From Escherichia phage vB_EcoM_EP57, in the sequence record OR544956: 64,000 nt of DNA, one strand, 5' to 3'. The notes below the pieces were generated by a model, which was not told where the DNA came from, did not search any database, and was given only the letters and a program-made list of their open reading frames with translations. Positions within the stretch are counted from its first letter, which is position 1. Each line of letters opens with the position of its first letter. The position numbers were made by a program, and so were the translations under genes. Below are positions 1 through 9,177 of the stretch, piece after piece.

Positions 1-47
1 TTTGTCGGTAGATAACTTGGTAGTATTTGTAGCAGTATTCGCAAGTT

Positions 48-686
48 TTGGTATTAAAAGCACACACTTGCAGCACAATAGGCACTTACTTGTTAAGTTT
101 GGGCTGGTATGTTAATATCTTCTTCGGTGCGGTCATCCTTTTCTGTGCAGCTAAAATGGTATTTGCTGGAGATAATGACGCAGAAGTTGATTACTCTAAA
201 CACTGGGCTACCCGTATTGTTCGTAAACTGTTCCCTGTATCTAATAAAATGGATGGGGAGAAGTTCTTCACAATCGAAAATGGTGTTCGTGTAGCAACTC
301 CAGCTTTGGTTTGCGTATTCGTGATGGAAATGGTGGATGTAATCTTTGCAGTAGATTCGGTTCCAGCGGTGATCGCAGTGACACAAGAACCCCTGCTTGT
401 ATTCTCTTCGATGTTATGTGCAATCTTAGGTCTACGTGCTCTGTTCTTTGTTCTTAGTGTCGCACTGAAGTATCTGGTTCACTTGGAGAAAGCAGTTATT
501 GTGGTTCTGGTGTTTGTAGGCGTTAAACTGATGTATCACCCGTTTGCAGAAACATTGCATGAGAAAATGAGTTTCCTGCCAGCACATATTGATCCAACTA
601 TTAGTATGTATATCGTGCTTGGTACTTTGGCCCTTGGTGTTATTGCAAGCTTTATCTTCCCTGAAAAAGAAGAAGCTACTGTTTAA
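48..686 (+). CDS. terC: TerC-family integral membrane protein, C-terminal part; the N-terminal part (LSVDNL motif) reads in another frame from position 2 and the gene starts upstream of the window
   Basis: Translation contains the second TerC signature VDVIFAVDSVPAVIAVT...FSSMLCAILGLRALFF; frame 2 at positions 2-112 reads LSVDNLVVFVAVFASFGIK; the two frames overlap at 48-115. Confidence 0.6.
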   Translation: MVLKAHTCSTIGTYLLSLGWYVNIFFGAVILFCAAKMVFAGDNDAEVDYSKHWATRIVRKLFPVSNKMDGEKFFTIENGVRVATPALVCVFVMEMVDVIFAVDSVPAVIAVTQEPLLVFSSMLCAILGLRALFFVLSVALKYLVHLEKAVIVVLVFVGVKLMYHPFAETLHEKMSFLPAHIDPTISMYIVLGTLALGVIASFIFPEKEEATV

Positions 687-692
687 TAAATG

Positions 693-717
693 AGCCTCCT
701 TCGGGAGGCTATTTTAT
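693..717 (+). terminator. Intrinsic terminator after terC
   Basis: agcctcc-ttcg-ggaggct hairpin followed by attttat. Confidence 0.5.
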
Positions 718-728
718 AGGAGAGACTT

Positions 729-1079
729 ATGAGTAATTTTGATGAAATTCAAGAACTTGTTTGGGATTTATCTGGTGATGTGGATTACATTTCAGATTAT
801 CTTTCAAAAGTTTACCCTGGGGTAAGCGTTATGATTGTGACCAAAGATCCAATTAATTTGCCTCCTAATGTTGTAGCTTGTTGTGGAAGTGGTTCAGGAG
901 AAGTAGAGCCTGTATCTCGTTGGGAATTAACTAAAGCTGTTTCAAAACGAAACGGTGAAGTTTTGAATATTGATATTGAGCAAATATGGACTTCTCCAGC
1001 AGCCAAATGGAATGATCCAAATGGTTGGGATTTGTTCTTCTGGGATAATGAGACTGATGATGAGGTGTTTTTAAAATGA
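729..1079 (+). CDS. Hypothetical protein
   Basis: ORF with ATG start preceded by ggagag; no recognisable motif. Confidence 0.4.
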   Translation: MSNFDEIQELVWDLSGDVDYISDYLSKVYPGVSVMIVTKDPINLPPNVVACCGSGSGEVEPVSRWELTKAVSKRNGEVLNIDIEQIWTSPAAKWNDPNGWDLFFWDNETDDEVFLK

Positions 1080-1146
1080 AATACTTGTTGGTTGTGTTTG
1101 AAAATATCTGTTTTGCAATAGGGTTGTTTGTTGTAATTTTTGTATT

Positions 1147-1175
1147 GACAAGCGTAATCAACGGCAGTAAAGTGA
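1147..1175 (+). promoter_or_regulatory. Candidate sigma70-like promoter (TTGACA-17-TAAAGT)
   Basis: TTGACA at 1147-1152 and TAAAGT 17 nt downstream, upstream of the lipoprotein gene. Confidence 0.3.
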
Positions 1176-1262
1176 GTTTATACCGAGATGGAGAGCAACT
1201 TTATTGCTTCTCTGGAGATTTCAAACACAGATGTATTAATAGCCAAAACGAGGAAAGCAAAT

Positions 1263-1700
1263 ATGAAAAAACTAGCCCTGATTTTAATTGGTTGTATCTT
1301 TTTAACAGCTTGCGAGGATGAAACAAATCCTGCACAATACCAACAACCTCCTCAACAATACGCTCAACAAGGATCTGACGGAGATACAACTATTATCAAC
1401 AATGGTGGCGGTTCTAGTAGTAGCGGTGTTGGTGAGTTTGCTACAGGTATGTTGTTAGGGCATATGATGAGTGGCGGTAGTAATCGTAGCAGTGGGGATT
1501 ATAACGATAACAGAACGATTATTAATAAGCATTATAATACACCTAAACCGAAAACTAATTTTTATGGTAAGCCTAAACAAGAGATAAAAACTTATGAAAA
1601 GCCGAGACAAACTTTTAAAACAAATAGTAGCTATACAACTCGTAAATCTTACAATAGCCCTTTAAGTAAAAAGAGTTCATCTCGTAGCAAGCGACGTTAA
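1263..1700 (+). CDS. Putative lipoprotein (signal peptide with lipobox LTAC, Gly/Ser-rich, basic C-terminus)
   Basis: Internal ATG at 1263 preceded by gaggaaag; MKKLALILIGCIFLTAC; the track ORF 1188..1700 is the same frame with an earlier start. Confidence 0.5.
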   Translation: MKKLALILIGCIFLTACEDETNPAQYQQPPQQYAQQGSDGDTTIINNGGGSSSSGVGEFATGMLLGHMMSGGSNRSSGDYNDNRTIINKHYNTPKPKTNFYGKPKQEIKTYEKPRQTFKTNSSYTTRKSYNSPLSKKSSSRSKRR

Positions 1701-1714
1701 TAAGGAGAAAAACA

Positions 1715-2308
1715 ATGACAATTTCTATTCGTACTTCCATCGTAGGTGTTAAAAGGTTGCCTAATGCTTTGCAAATCACACGCGCTTTGAGGGATACATT
1801 CTCTGCTGTGGACGAGCATAAGATGCTTGATAATCTTTCAAATTGGCCCTATTTCCATTATTTTAAAAATGAAGATGACGAGTTTATAGACGCTGTTTCT
1901 TATGGTTATGATTTCGGTAAGGAGGTTTCTGCTGAAGAATTTGTAGCTATGGTGTTCCCAAACGGTTTGCCTACTCGCAGTAAACGTAAAAAAGGACCAA
2001 AAAACAAGAAACGTGCTACTAATAAAGCTACCATTTTCTTTACTGATGGCACACAATATACGATTAAAGATTTTGAAGAGGTATCTTATACAGCAGGTGG
2101 GAATCTTTCTTTCTACACCATCAAAAAACAAAACTCTACGTTCAGCCATGTTTCTAACATGATTGAAATGTTAGTAGAAGATATTGAAAGCGTAGCTGTG
2201 TTAGGTATGCATAAAAGCTTTTTAATTACAAATATTTCAGATTTCAGTGCAAGTTTATCTGGCCCTGATTTTGAAGCCACGACCACGCATTTCGCTTTTA
2301 AGGTGTAA
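1715..2308 (+). CDS. Hypothetical protein
   Basis: ORF with aggagaaaaacaATG ribosome-binding context. Confidence 0.45.
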   Translation: MTISIRTSIVGVKRLPNALQITRALRDTFSAVDEHKMLDNLSNWPYFHYFKNEDDEFIDAVSYGYDFGKEVSAEEFVAMVFPNGLPTRSKRKKGPKNKKRATNKATIFFTDGTQYTIKDFEEVSYTAGGNLSFYTIKKQNSTFSHVSNMIEMLVEDIESVAVLGMHKSFLITNISDFSASLSGPDFEATTTHFAFKV

Positions 2309-2311
2309 GTT

Positions 2312-2902
2312 ATGCATACCGAGAGAGACTTGCAACTCTTGTGGTGGGAAGTGATGCAGGAAATAAAAGAAGATTTTCCTGTTTACTACAACATGTTACG
2401 TGAAGCAGGATATAAAGCTTGTGTTAGAAACAAAGTGAATAACTCTTTCGGTTGGTGCAACTACCGAGATAAAATTGTTGTTGTAAATTGGCACTTGCAT
2501 AAGAACTCCACAAGAGATATGATCGTGGATACAATGAAGCACGAAATTGCTCATGCTATTGATGGTTGTATGGGTAAGTTTAGTAGGCACGGTGCTCATT
2601 GGCAAAAACTGGCAGCAGAATTAGGGGCTAATCCTAAAGCCACTTCCAAAGAGCCGTTGAACCACGAATATAAATATGTTCTTGTTCTGGTAGATAGGTT
2701 TGCGACAAGATGTGTTAGAGGTTATAATCGTAAACCTAATCGCATGTACCCAGGTAAGCAACCTAATATGTGGTTGAAATCAGATAAAGAAGGGACCGAA
2801 GGAAAATTATGGTTGTATAAATGGGACGATTGGGTTAAAGTAGCTAAAGAGTACGGTGTTTCACCATATATAAGAGATGCAGAAGAGGAGAATGAAGAAT
2901 GA
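2312..2902 (+). CDS. SprT-like zinc metallopeptidase domain protein (putative)
   Basis: HEIAH motif in a context (KHEIAHAIDGCMGKFSRHGAHW) resembling SprT-family proteins. Confidence 0.4.
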   Translation: MHTERDLQLLWWEVMQEIKEDFPVYYNMLREAGYKACVRNKVNNSFGWCNYRDKIVVVNWHLHKNSTRDMIVDTMKHEIAHAIDGCMGKFSRHGAHWQKLAAELGANPKATSKEPLNHEYKYVLVLVDRFATRCVRGYNRKPNRMYPGKQPNMWLKSDKEGTEGKLWLYKWDDWVKVAKEYGVSPYIRDAEEENEE

Positions 2903-4011
2903 CAAGTCCATTTTTAAAAGCAGCTACTGGTGGTCAGAAGAAGCCTGAAATGAGCGTATTTGCTGCAACAACAGATGCAAGTAAATCTGTATTCGCTCCA
3001 AGCGTGTTAGATGCCAGTCCTGTTTATGCACCAGCGGCACCGCAAGAAGTTCCAGTTTTGCCTTCTATGACCCGACAAGAGATCGAAGAGATTGGGGCAG
3101 AGGCAGGAACAACCTTGCGTTCCTTGAATGCCGAGGTATTAAAACATCAACGTAGTAATCAAGGCGATCAGATGAGTGAACGACTCACAGCTTTGATTAA
3201 ACAGGCAAAACAACTTGATCCAAACTCTATTAAACAAAGCAAGGGTATTACTAAACTCATTAAAAAAGTTATGGGTATGAAAGAAGACCTGTTTGGGGAG
3301 TTTGATAATGTTAATAACCGTATTGAAGAGTTGGTAAAGAACCTTCAAATGGATATTCGCAAAGAAGAAGATTCCTTGGTATATCTTGAAAAGCTACATC
3401 AAGCTATTGGACAATATGCTGCAAGTTTGAACCGAGATATGCAGCTTCTAACAGCAACCTATGAAAAAGAAGAACAAGCTTTGGCTGCTCTTCCAGAAGA
3501 TGCAGTAGAACAGCGACAAGTGATCCGAGATACTTTGGATCTTCTGGAGATTCGTATTGCAGATTTAAAAGCATTGCGCCTACTGTGTGTCCAAATGGGA
3601 CCGCGTGTACAAGGTATGCAAAAAGTTTCTGCAAGCTTAATGCGATCTGCGCGTAACATAGTAAATAATGTTATTCCTGCTTACTCTGCTAACTTCTCAA
3701 TGTATATAGAGAGCTTACGTCAAATGAAAGCAGCAGAGACGCAGAATAACGTTCTTGATGAATTTAACCTGGCAATTAAACTGGGTAGCGATCTTGCCAC
3801 ACAGAATCAGATCGAAGCAGCAGCACTGGCTAACCGTCAAGTGTTGGATATTGAAACTCTGCGTCACGATCAGGAAAACTTGGTTAAGATGTTGGAAGAA
3901 ACTAACCGCATCAATACGGAAGCCCGTGCTGCTCGTGTTGATTATATTAATGAAGTTCAATCTCTGGAAGACGGGATGGTAGCTGCTGTGAAACGAGGGC
4001 TTGGTAAATGA
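2899..4011 (+). CDS. TelA-like coiled-coil protein (putative toxic-anion-resistance family)
   Basis: 370 aa, coiled-coil rich; pattern LKALRLLCVQMGPRVQGMQKV ... LDIETLRHDQENLVKMLEE resembles TelA/KlaA family; sits inside a Ter-like gene cluster. Confidence 0.4.
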   Translation: MTSPFLKAATGGQKKPEMSVFAATTDASKSVFAPSVLDASPVYAPAAPQEVPVLPSMTRQEIEEIGAEAGTTLRSLNAEVLKHQRSNQGDQMSERLTALIKQAKQLDPNSIKQSKGITKLIKKVMGMKEDLFGEFDNVNNRIEELVKNLQMDIRKEEDSLVYLEKLHQAIGQYAASLNRDMQLLTATYEKEEQALAALPEDAVEQRQVIRDTLDLLEIRIADLKALRLLCVQMGPRVQGMQKVSASLMRSARNIVNNVIPAYSANFSMYIESLRQMKAAETQNNVLDEFNLAIKLGSDLATQNQIEAAALANRQVLDIETLRHDQENLVKMLEETNRINTEARAARVDYINEVQSLEDGMVAAVKRGLGK

Positions 4012-4545
4012 GAATCCGTATCTATATAATTGATGAAGACATTGGTGTCCGTTATGATGACGAAAAACGATTCGCACCGATGGGAGGTATATATCCCCCA
4101 AGTGTTCTAGCAGTTTGTCGTGATTGTTATATTTATGAAGGTTGTCGTAACTTCCGTAAATTCGAACTCCTTGCAGATATTGACTTCAATGAGGAGGAGG
4201 AGTAATGAAAATATTACGAGTGAATATTGAAACTGCTTGGTGTGGATGCAATGAGGTTGTGGATATCGAAATTGAAGATGATATGTCTCAAGAGGATATA
4301 GAAGATCTTGCGCACGAAACCTTTCAGGATTATTGTAATTACGGGTTCCATATTTTAGAGGAGGAAGAAGATGTTTAATTGACTCGACAGGAACTGATCA
4401 CAATCATTGAAGATGCTTTTATTGATGGCTGGAATACACAAGATAATGACTGGGGTGGACCCGAAGCTTTTCTGGAACATCATAAAACTTATGGAGACTC
4501 TTGTGAAACCACTGTAGCTCTTGATAATCTGAAGGAGGGTTTGTA

Positions 4546-5109
4546 ATGGGTTGTTTTAGCTTTTTGTGCAAAGAATCGGGCAAAGCTGCCCTTTCTACTT
4601 CTTTCGACGGATCACCTTGCTACCTCTTTCTTTTGAAGGACGGTGTTGTTATTGAAGAGATGTATGGCAACTATGATAGTTATGGTTGTGTTTTCTCTGG
4701 AAAGGAGGATGAAAACGGCGTTCGTGAACGATTTGAATGGGCTATGGATTGGGGTAAGGTTTGTGATTTGATGCATTCCTCAAATCCAAGGGACGGTATC
4801 GCTATGGTGCTGGAAGAGTACTTTACAGGTGAAATCCCTACAGAACAATCTGACGGAGATCCTAACCAAGGTTGGGGTGATGGTGAAGAAGATCCAGATT
4901 GTTTTTTCAGCACAGAAAAGAATAAGTTTAAACGTGTTGACAACCCTTATCACAAAGTGCATAATACTCTCATTGAAACAGAAGATGACAAGATGGAAAT
5001 TGAAGAAGATGATCCTCTTGTAACACTTCCTGTAAGTGAGTTACAAAAGATCACTAAGGAAGCTTACGATTTGGGCTTCAAAATTGGTAGAGGAGGTATG
5101 CGTGTTTAG
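4546..5109 (+). CDS. Hypothetical acidic protein
   Basis: ORF track; ggagggtttgtaATG context. Confidence 0.35.
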   Translation: MGCFSFLCKESGKAALSTSFDGSPCYLFLLKDGVVIEEMYGNYDSYGCVFSGKEDENGVRERFEWAMDWGKVCDLMHSSNPRDGIAMVLEEYFTGEIPTEQSDGDPNQGWGDGEEDPDCFFSTEKNKFKRVDNPYHKVHNTLIETEDDKMEIEEDDPLVTLPVSELQKITKEAYDLGFKIGRGGMRV

Positions 5110-5380
5110 ATTCAATATTCAAGAAGAAAAAAGTCAGGATTTACCTATTGCTTTCGAAGATCTTGACGTAGGGGCCACATTCATGTATTATGATGCCTAT
5201 GAAGACGCAGGGTTGGATACCTACCGTAACTTGGTGTTCATTAAAAATTCCACAAACAGTGCGATCTGTATTAATGGATCACTAGCACAACGAGGCTATA
5301 CTCATTGCATCCCACCAGATACAAATATGGTGGAAGTAGATTTAGAAGTTACCAATATTACACTTAAGAAGGAGAAATAA
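5102..5380 (+). CDS. Small conserved protein, paralog A (shares DLDVGxTF ... EVxLxVTxITLK with 6402..6671)
   Basis: GTG start at 5102 after ggtagaggaggt; paralogous to 6402..6671. Confidence 0.4.
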   Translation: MFRFNIQEEKSQDLPIAFEDLDVGATFMYYDAYEDAGLDTYRNLVFIKNSTNSAICINGSLAQRGYTHCIPPDTNMVEVDLEVTNITLKKEK

Positions 5381-5381
5381 T

Positions 5382-6176
5382 ATGTCCGAGAAAATCAGCC
5401 TGAAAAAACGTCAAGAAAACCTTGCTTTCTCTCTGAAAAAGAATAAGAACCTGAATGAAGGTAAGATTGTTCTTCGTGTAGCATGTGCTCTAGATATTTC
5501 TGGTAGTATGCATGGTCTATATTCTAGTGGGGTAGTGAGTGATTTTGTAGGTAAACTGCTTCCTTTTGGTATGCTGTTCGACGATAATCAACAAATTGAT
5601 ATGTGGGCCTTCAATACGAGTTCCCAAGAGCTTACTCCAGCAACAGCAGATGTTTACGATGACTATGTTGGTAAATGTATGCGTAATGTTCGTATCGGAG
5701 GTGGAACAAATTACGCCCCTGTAATGGCGGATATCTACGATGAGTATTTTGGCACTGTTACTAAATATATTACCACTAAACAAGTGGTACAAGAGGAGGC
5801 TCCAAAGAAAGGTTTCTTTAATCGTCTACTTGGTAAAACTGAAACAGTATCTGTAGAGCGTGAAAAGGTCGTAGCTGTATCTGAACCAGGTGCTGACGTT
5901 ACCCCTGGTGTTGTATTCTTCCAGACAGACGGTGAGAATGGTGATCCTAGTGCTGTTCGTCGTCTTATCGAAGAGAATAAGAATAAACCTATTTATTGGT
6001 TCATGGTTGGCGTTGGTAATGAGAAGTTTGGCTTCCTGAAAGAACTGGCAAATGCTTATGATAATGTTGGTTTTATTGGCATTAAAGATTTAGACTTGAC
6101 AGATTCAGAGCTTTATGACAAACTCTTATCTGAAGAGTTCGGAGAGTGGGTTGTTAAAGTAGGTGCTAAAAAATGA
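5382..6176 (+). CDS. von Willebrand factor A domain protein (TerY-like)
   Basis: MIDAS-like motif VACALDISGSM near the N-terminus; located next to TerD. Confidence 0.5.
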   Translation: MSEKISLKKRQENLAFSLKKNKNLNEGKIVLRVACALDISGSMHGLYSSGVVSDFVGKLLPFGMLFDDNQQIDMWAFNTSSQELTPATADVYDDYVGKCMRNVRIGGGTNYAPVMADIYDEYFGTVTKYITTKQVVQEEAPKKGFFNRLLGKTETVSVEREKVVAVSEPGADVTPGVVFFQTDGENGDPSAVRRLIEENKNKPIYWFMVGVGNEKFGFLKELANAYDNVGFIGIKDLDLTDSELYDKLLSEEFGEWVVKVGAKK

Positions 6177-6421
6177 TCGACGAGCTTGCCTCTCAAGTCA
6201 TAGAAAATTATTGGCGCGAGAGAGAAGCTTTCATTATGCGCAGTCTCAAAGAGTATTTCATTGGGACTGTGCGAATGGAAGATATTGTAAGTAGAGTAGA
6301 GATTCATGTATGGCCCGATTATGAAGAATGGGTTGACAAAGAAAATGAAAATGCTATAATTCTTCGTATATACAAACCGGAGATAACATTAGGAGGAAGA
6401 AGTGTTAAACTTCGAAATTGA
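6173..6421 (+). CDS. Hypothetical protein
   Basis: ORF overlapping the upstream stop (ATGA). Confidence 0.35.
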   Translation: MIDELASQVIENYWREREAFIMRSLKEYFIGTVRMEDIVSRVEIHVWPDYEEWVDKENENAIILRIYKPEITLGGRSVKLRN

Positions 6422-6671
6422 TGAGCAAAAAGTAAATAAACGATGCCTTACCATTAAAGATTTGGATGTAGGAGATACTTTCGTCTATGAAAATGCATTT
6501 GACGAAAATGGTTTAGACCTTAGTGAAATCATTGTTTATTTAAAAGTAGATGATGGGGAAAATGATTATTCTGCTGTAGAACTAAACCATCATGCACAAT
6601 TAGTATCAATCCAAAACACATCTAAGCTTTTGGAAGTAGAATTGACTGTAACTGGTATTACACTTAAATAA
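6402..6671 (+). CDS. Small conserved protein, paralog B
   Basis: Paralog of 5102..5380; ggaggaagaaGTG context. Confidence 0.4.
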   Translation: MLNFEIDEQKVNKRCLTIKDLDVGDTFVYENAFDENGLDLSEIIVYLKVDDGENDYSAVELNHHAQLVSIQNTSKLLEVELTVTGITLK

Positions 6672-6686
6672 TAGAGGAGACAAAAG

Positions 6687-7289
6687 ATGACTGATAAAAT
6701 TTCCCTGAAAAAAGGCTCTAGCGAAAAAATTTCCCTGAAGAAAGTTGCTCCGGCTCTGAAAGAACTACGCCTGGAATTCTCTTGGAAATCTGATTCTAAA
6801 CTAGATCTGGATGTAAGTGCACTGGTTTGTCGTCACAATGCCGCTGGCAATCCTGAAATGCTGTCTGCACGTCATCTGGTTTGCTATGCTAACAAGTTTG
6901 ATCCTGAACGTTCTACCTTCGCTGGTGACGATGTTCGTGATGGAACTGGCAGCATGGAGCAGATTGATATTACTCTGGCTAAAATCTCTCCTGATGCACA
7001 AGAGATTGCCTTTGTTCTGACCATTGATGATGATACAGGTCTGAAACGTTTTGGTCATGCTTCTGAAGGTATGCTTAAAATCTTCGACTCCGAGCGCAAT
7101 GTGGAAATTCTGGATTTTGACTTCCTGGCTCCTGAAGTAGCTGGCAACACAATCTGCCACGTGGCTTCCTTGGTTCGTGAAGATGGGGAATGGAAGCTGA
7201 AAGCATATGGTGTAGGTAAAGCTGGTCTGGATATTTGTGATGTGGTGATGGCCTTCGGTGGTAAAAAAGAATGGTATGAATGTCCGTAA
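6687..7289 (+). CDS. terD: TerD-family protein (tellurium-resistance TerD/TerZ/TerE-like)
   Basis: ISLKKGSSEKISLKK, DLDVSAL, IAFVLTIDD and EDGEWKLKAYGVGKAGL align with my recollection of E. coli TerD (SLSKGGNVSLSK, DLDASAF, IIFVVTIHD, NGEWKFRAVGQGYAGGL). Confidence 0.8.
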   Translation: MTDKISLKKGSSEKISLKKVAPALKELRLEFSWKSDSKLDLDVSALVCRHNAAGNPEMLSARHLVCYANKFDPERSTFAGDDVRDGTGSMEQIDITLAKISPDAQEIAFVLTIDDDTGLKRFGHASEGMLKIFDSERNVEILDFDFLAPEVAGNTICHVASLVREDGEWKLKAYGVGKAGLDICDVVMAFGGKKEWYECP

Positions 7290-7307
7290 TAATTAACAAA
7301 TGATTTT

Positions 7308-7327
7308 GAGGGGGAGAAATCCCCCTC
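7308..7327 (+). terminator. GC-rich hairpin gaggggg-agaaat-ccccctc after terD (terminator or conserved stem-loop)
   Basis: 7-bp G/C stem; a similar element occurs at 23447-23464. Confidence 0.4.
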
Positions 7328-7388
7328 TTGCAATAAAGCCTCTATCGTGTTATACTAGAAATTCGTTAACTTAAAAAGGAGGCAAAAT

Positions 7389-7910
7389 TTGCTGATAAAA
7401 AACTTTGTAACAGTTGCGTTACTATCCTTAACTGCTTTTACATTTACACCTGTTGTGGCGAAAGCCGAAGCTGCAAACGTAAAAACCGCTAAAGTAGTTC
7501 ACAAATGTACAAAGCAATATAATGATAAAATTCTATTAGCTTGTGCAATTTACGCAGAAGGTCGCGGTCTGGGTAAAAAAGGAATGAATGCCGTTGGGAA
7601 TGTGGTAATCAACAGAAGAAATGATACCTACTTCCCTAACACAGTCAGAGGAGTCTTGTTCCAGAAAGGGCAATTCTCATATGCGAAAACTTTTAACGTA
7701 ACAGAGAAAGATAAGTGGCAGGAAGCAAAAGCAATAGCGGAGCGTTTACTTTATTTAGAGAAACATTTTCCTGAATTGCGGTCTGTTTTAGATGTTACTA
7801 AAGGTGCTCTATACTTCAAGAAACGGAATATAAGAACACACTGGGAACGTGATATGCGTCTTGTTTATCGAGATAAAGTGCATGGTTTCTATCTACCAAA
7901 GGGGAGTTAA
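7389..7910 (+). CDS. Cell-wall hydrolase, SleB/CwlJ-like, with N-terminal signal peptide (candidate endolysin)
   Basis: Signal peptide MLIKNFVTVALLSLTAF; motif LACAIYAEGRGLG...NVVINR typical of Hydrolase_2 family. Confidence 0.5.
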   Translation: MLIKNFVTVALLSLTAFTFTPVVAKAEAANVKTAKVVHKCTKQYNDKILLACAIYAEGRGLGKKGMNAVGNVVINRRNDTYFPNTVRGVLFQKGQFSYAKTFNVTEKDKWQEAKAIAERLLYLEKHFPELRSVLDVTKGALYFKKRNIRTHWERDMRLVYRDKVHGFYLPKGS

Positions 7911-7911
7911 A

Positions 7912-8196
7912 ATGCAAGAAGATAATACTGTTGTTGTAGCAAGTTACCTGGTTGTCGGTCTTACTGAAGAGGATGTATACTACACCCGTAAGCATTTAGA
8001 AGCATACGCTACTTTGTTTATGGAAGATGAAAAGGATGTAGATAAATATAGCATTGACATGATCAACGACAGTATTTATCCTTGTATGGTTCTTAAAGTA
8101 GATGCTGTGTTGTGGGAGCGTTTTGCAAGGACTCATGATGCTGTAGAATGCTCCGCAGTAATGTCTCAAAACAACATTTTAGGGGAGATTCACTGA
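7912..8196 (+). CDS. Hypothetical protein
   Basis: ATG at 7912 after aaggggag; track ORF 7849..8196 is the same frame. Confidence 0.35.
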   Translation: MQEDNTVVVASYLVVGLTEEDVYYTRKHLEAYATLFMEDEKDVDKYSIDMINDSIYPCMVLKVDAVLWERFARTHDAVECSAVMSQNNILGEIH

Positions 8197-8420
8197 TGGG
8201 AGAAGTCATTGAAGTCAATTTTCGCACTAAACAGAAAGTGCAAAAATATGTCGTTATTAAAAACATTTGCGTTGTCTGCTTCAATACAGTAATATACGAC
8301 TCACGACGCGGAGAAAACGAACCTTACATTGAAATTTCTAAGAACAAAGGTCAATGTATTTGTAAGAACTGTGCAGTAGCTATTAAGGAGGTTGTAAATG
8401 AAAACGCTTGGGACCAATGA
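8196..8420 (+). CDS. Small Cys-rich (zinc-ribbon-like) protein
   Basis: CVVCF...CICKNC; ATG overlapping the upstream TGA. Confidence 0.3.
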   Translation: MGEVIEVNFRTKQKVQKYVVIKNICVVCFNTVIYDSRRGENEPYIEISKNKGQCICKNCAVAIKEVVNENAWDQ

Positions 8421-8589
8421 AACTGGCGAGATCTCTCTTCAAGAAGTGACAAACGACAAACTGATTAAACTACGGGACGTAGCCCGTGACCATCTCCAAG
8501 AATCTTTTAAAGAATATATGGAAGCACGAGATCGTGTGATCCAAATCCAACAAGAAATGATTAAACGTGGGATTGTAGCCGACAGTTAA
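8398..8589 (+). CDS. Hypothetical small protein
   Basis: ORF track. Confidence 0.3.
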   Translation: MKTLGTNETGEISLQEVTNDKLIKLRDVARDHLQESFKEYMEARDRVIQIQQEMIKRGIVADS

Positions 8590-8605
8590 TATAACGGAGG
8601 GGAGA

Positions 8606-9169
8606 ATGATTTATTATATTACTCCCTATCTGACAGGAAATATCGGCAAGGCTATCAATGAAGCCATTGCCGTTCTTCCAGATGATAGTTGGGTGTGTTT
8701 AAGAGATACCGATACAATGTTCCTCCTACCTGATCAACCATCTATGCTTGAAGAGCTTGTTATGTCAAACCCGCCTTTTGATGTAATAGGTGCAACTTGT
8801 AACAGGTTAGGCAGTGGTTATCAGCTTTTCTCTAACCAAATTAACGATGATCCAGATATTCTAAACCATATAGAATATGCTAAGATTGCAAGAGAATATC
8901 ATAAAGTAAATGTTGAAGAAGTTCCTTTCGGAACACCTCTGGCAGGTTTCTTTTTGCTTTTTAGAAAATCATTGTGGAATGAAATTCCTTTTGAAGAAAA
9001 ATCTATCCAATTCGACTTAATTTTCTCTCGCACTTTACATGAAAAAGGAAAGAGGTTAGGATTGATGCGGGGAATGTATCTGTTTCACATTTACAGATTA
9101 GGTCAAACAAATCCTCAACGGTCTATACATCATTTATTACACTGTCATGATCACAGTAAAACTATTTAG
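8606..9169 (+). CDS. Putative glycosyltransferase-like protein
   Basis: N-terminal pattern NIGKAINEAIAVLPDDSWVCLRDTDTMF resembles GT-A nucleotide-sugar transferases; first gene of a glycosyltransferase block. Confidence 0.3.
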   Translation: MIYYITPYLTGNIGKAINEAIAVLPDDSWVCLRDTDTMFLLPDQPSMLEELVMSNPPFDVIGATCNRLGSGYQLFSNQINDDPDILNHIEYAKIAREYHKVNVEEVPFGTPLAGFFLLFRKSLWNEIPFEEKSIQFDLIFSRTLHEKGKRLGLMRGMYLFHIYRLGQTNPQRSIHHLLHCHDHSKTI

Positions 9170-9177
9170 GAGAGAAA

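Noticed and set aside
93-386. Minus-strand ORF of 97 aa antisense to terC, and the many similar 60-100 aa antisense ORFs throughout the track
   Set aside because: They lie entirely inside well-supported genes on the opposite strand, lack ribosome-binding sites and have low-complexity translations; treated as spurious
1076-1321. 81-aa ORF overlapping the lipoprotein gene start
   Set aside because: It may be a real small membrane protein, but it overlaps the better-supported lipoprotein start at 1263 by 59 nt and has no motif; left uncalled
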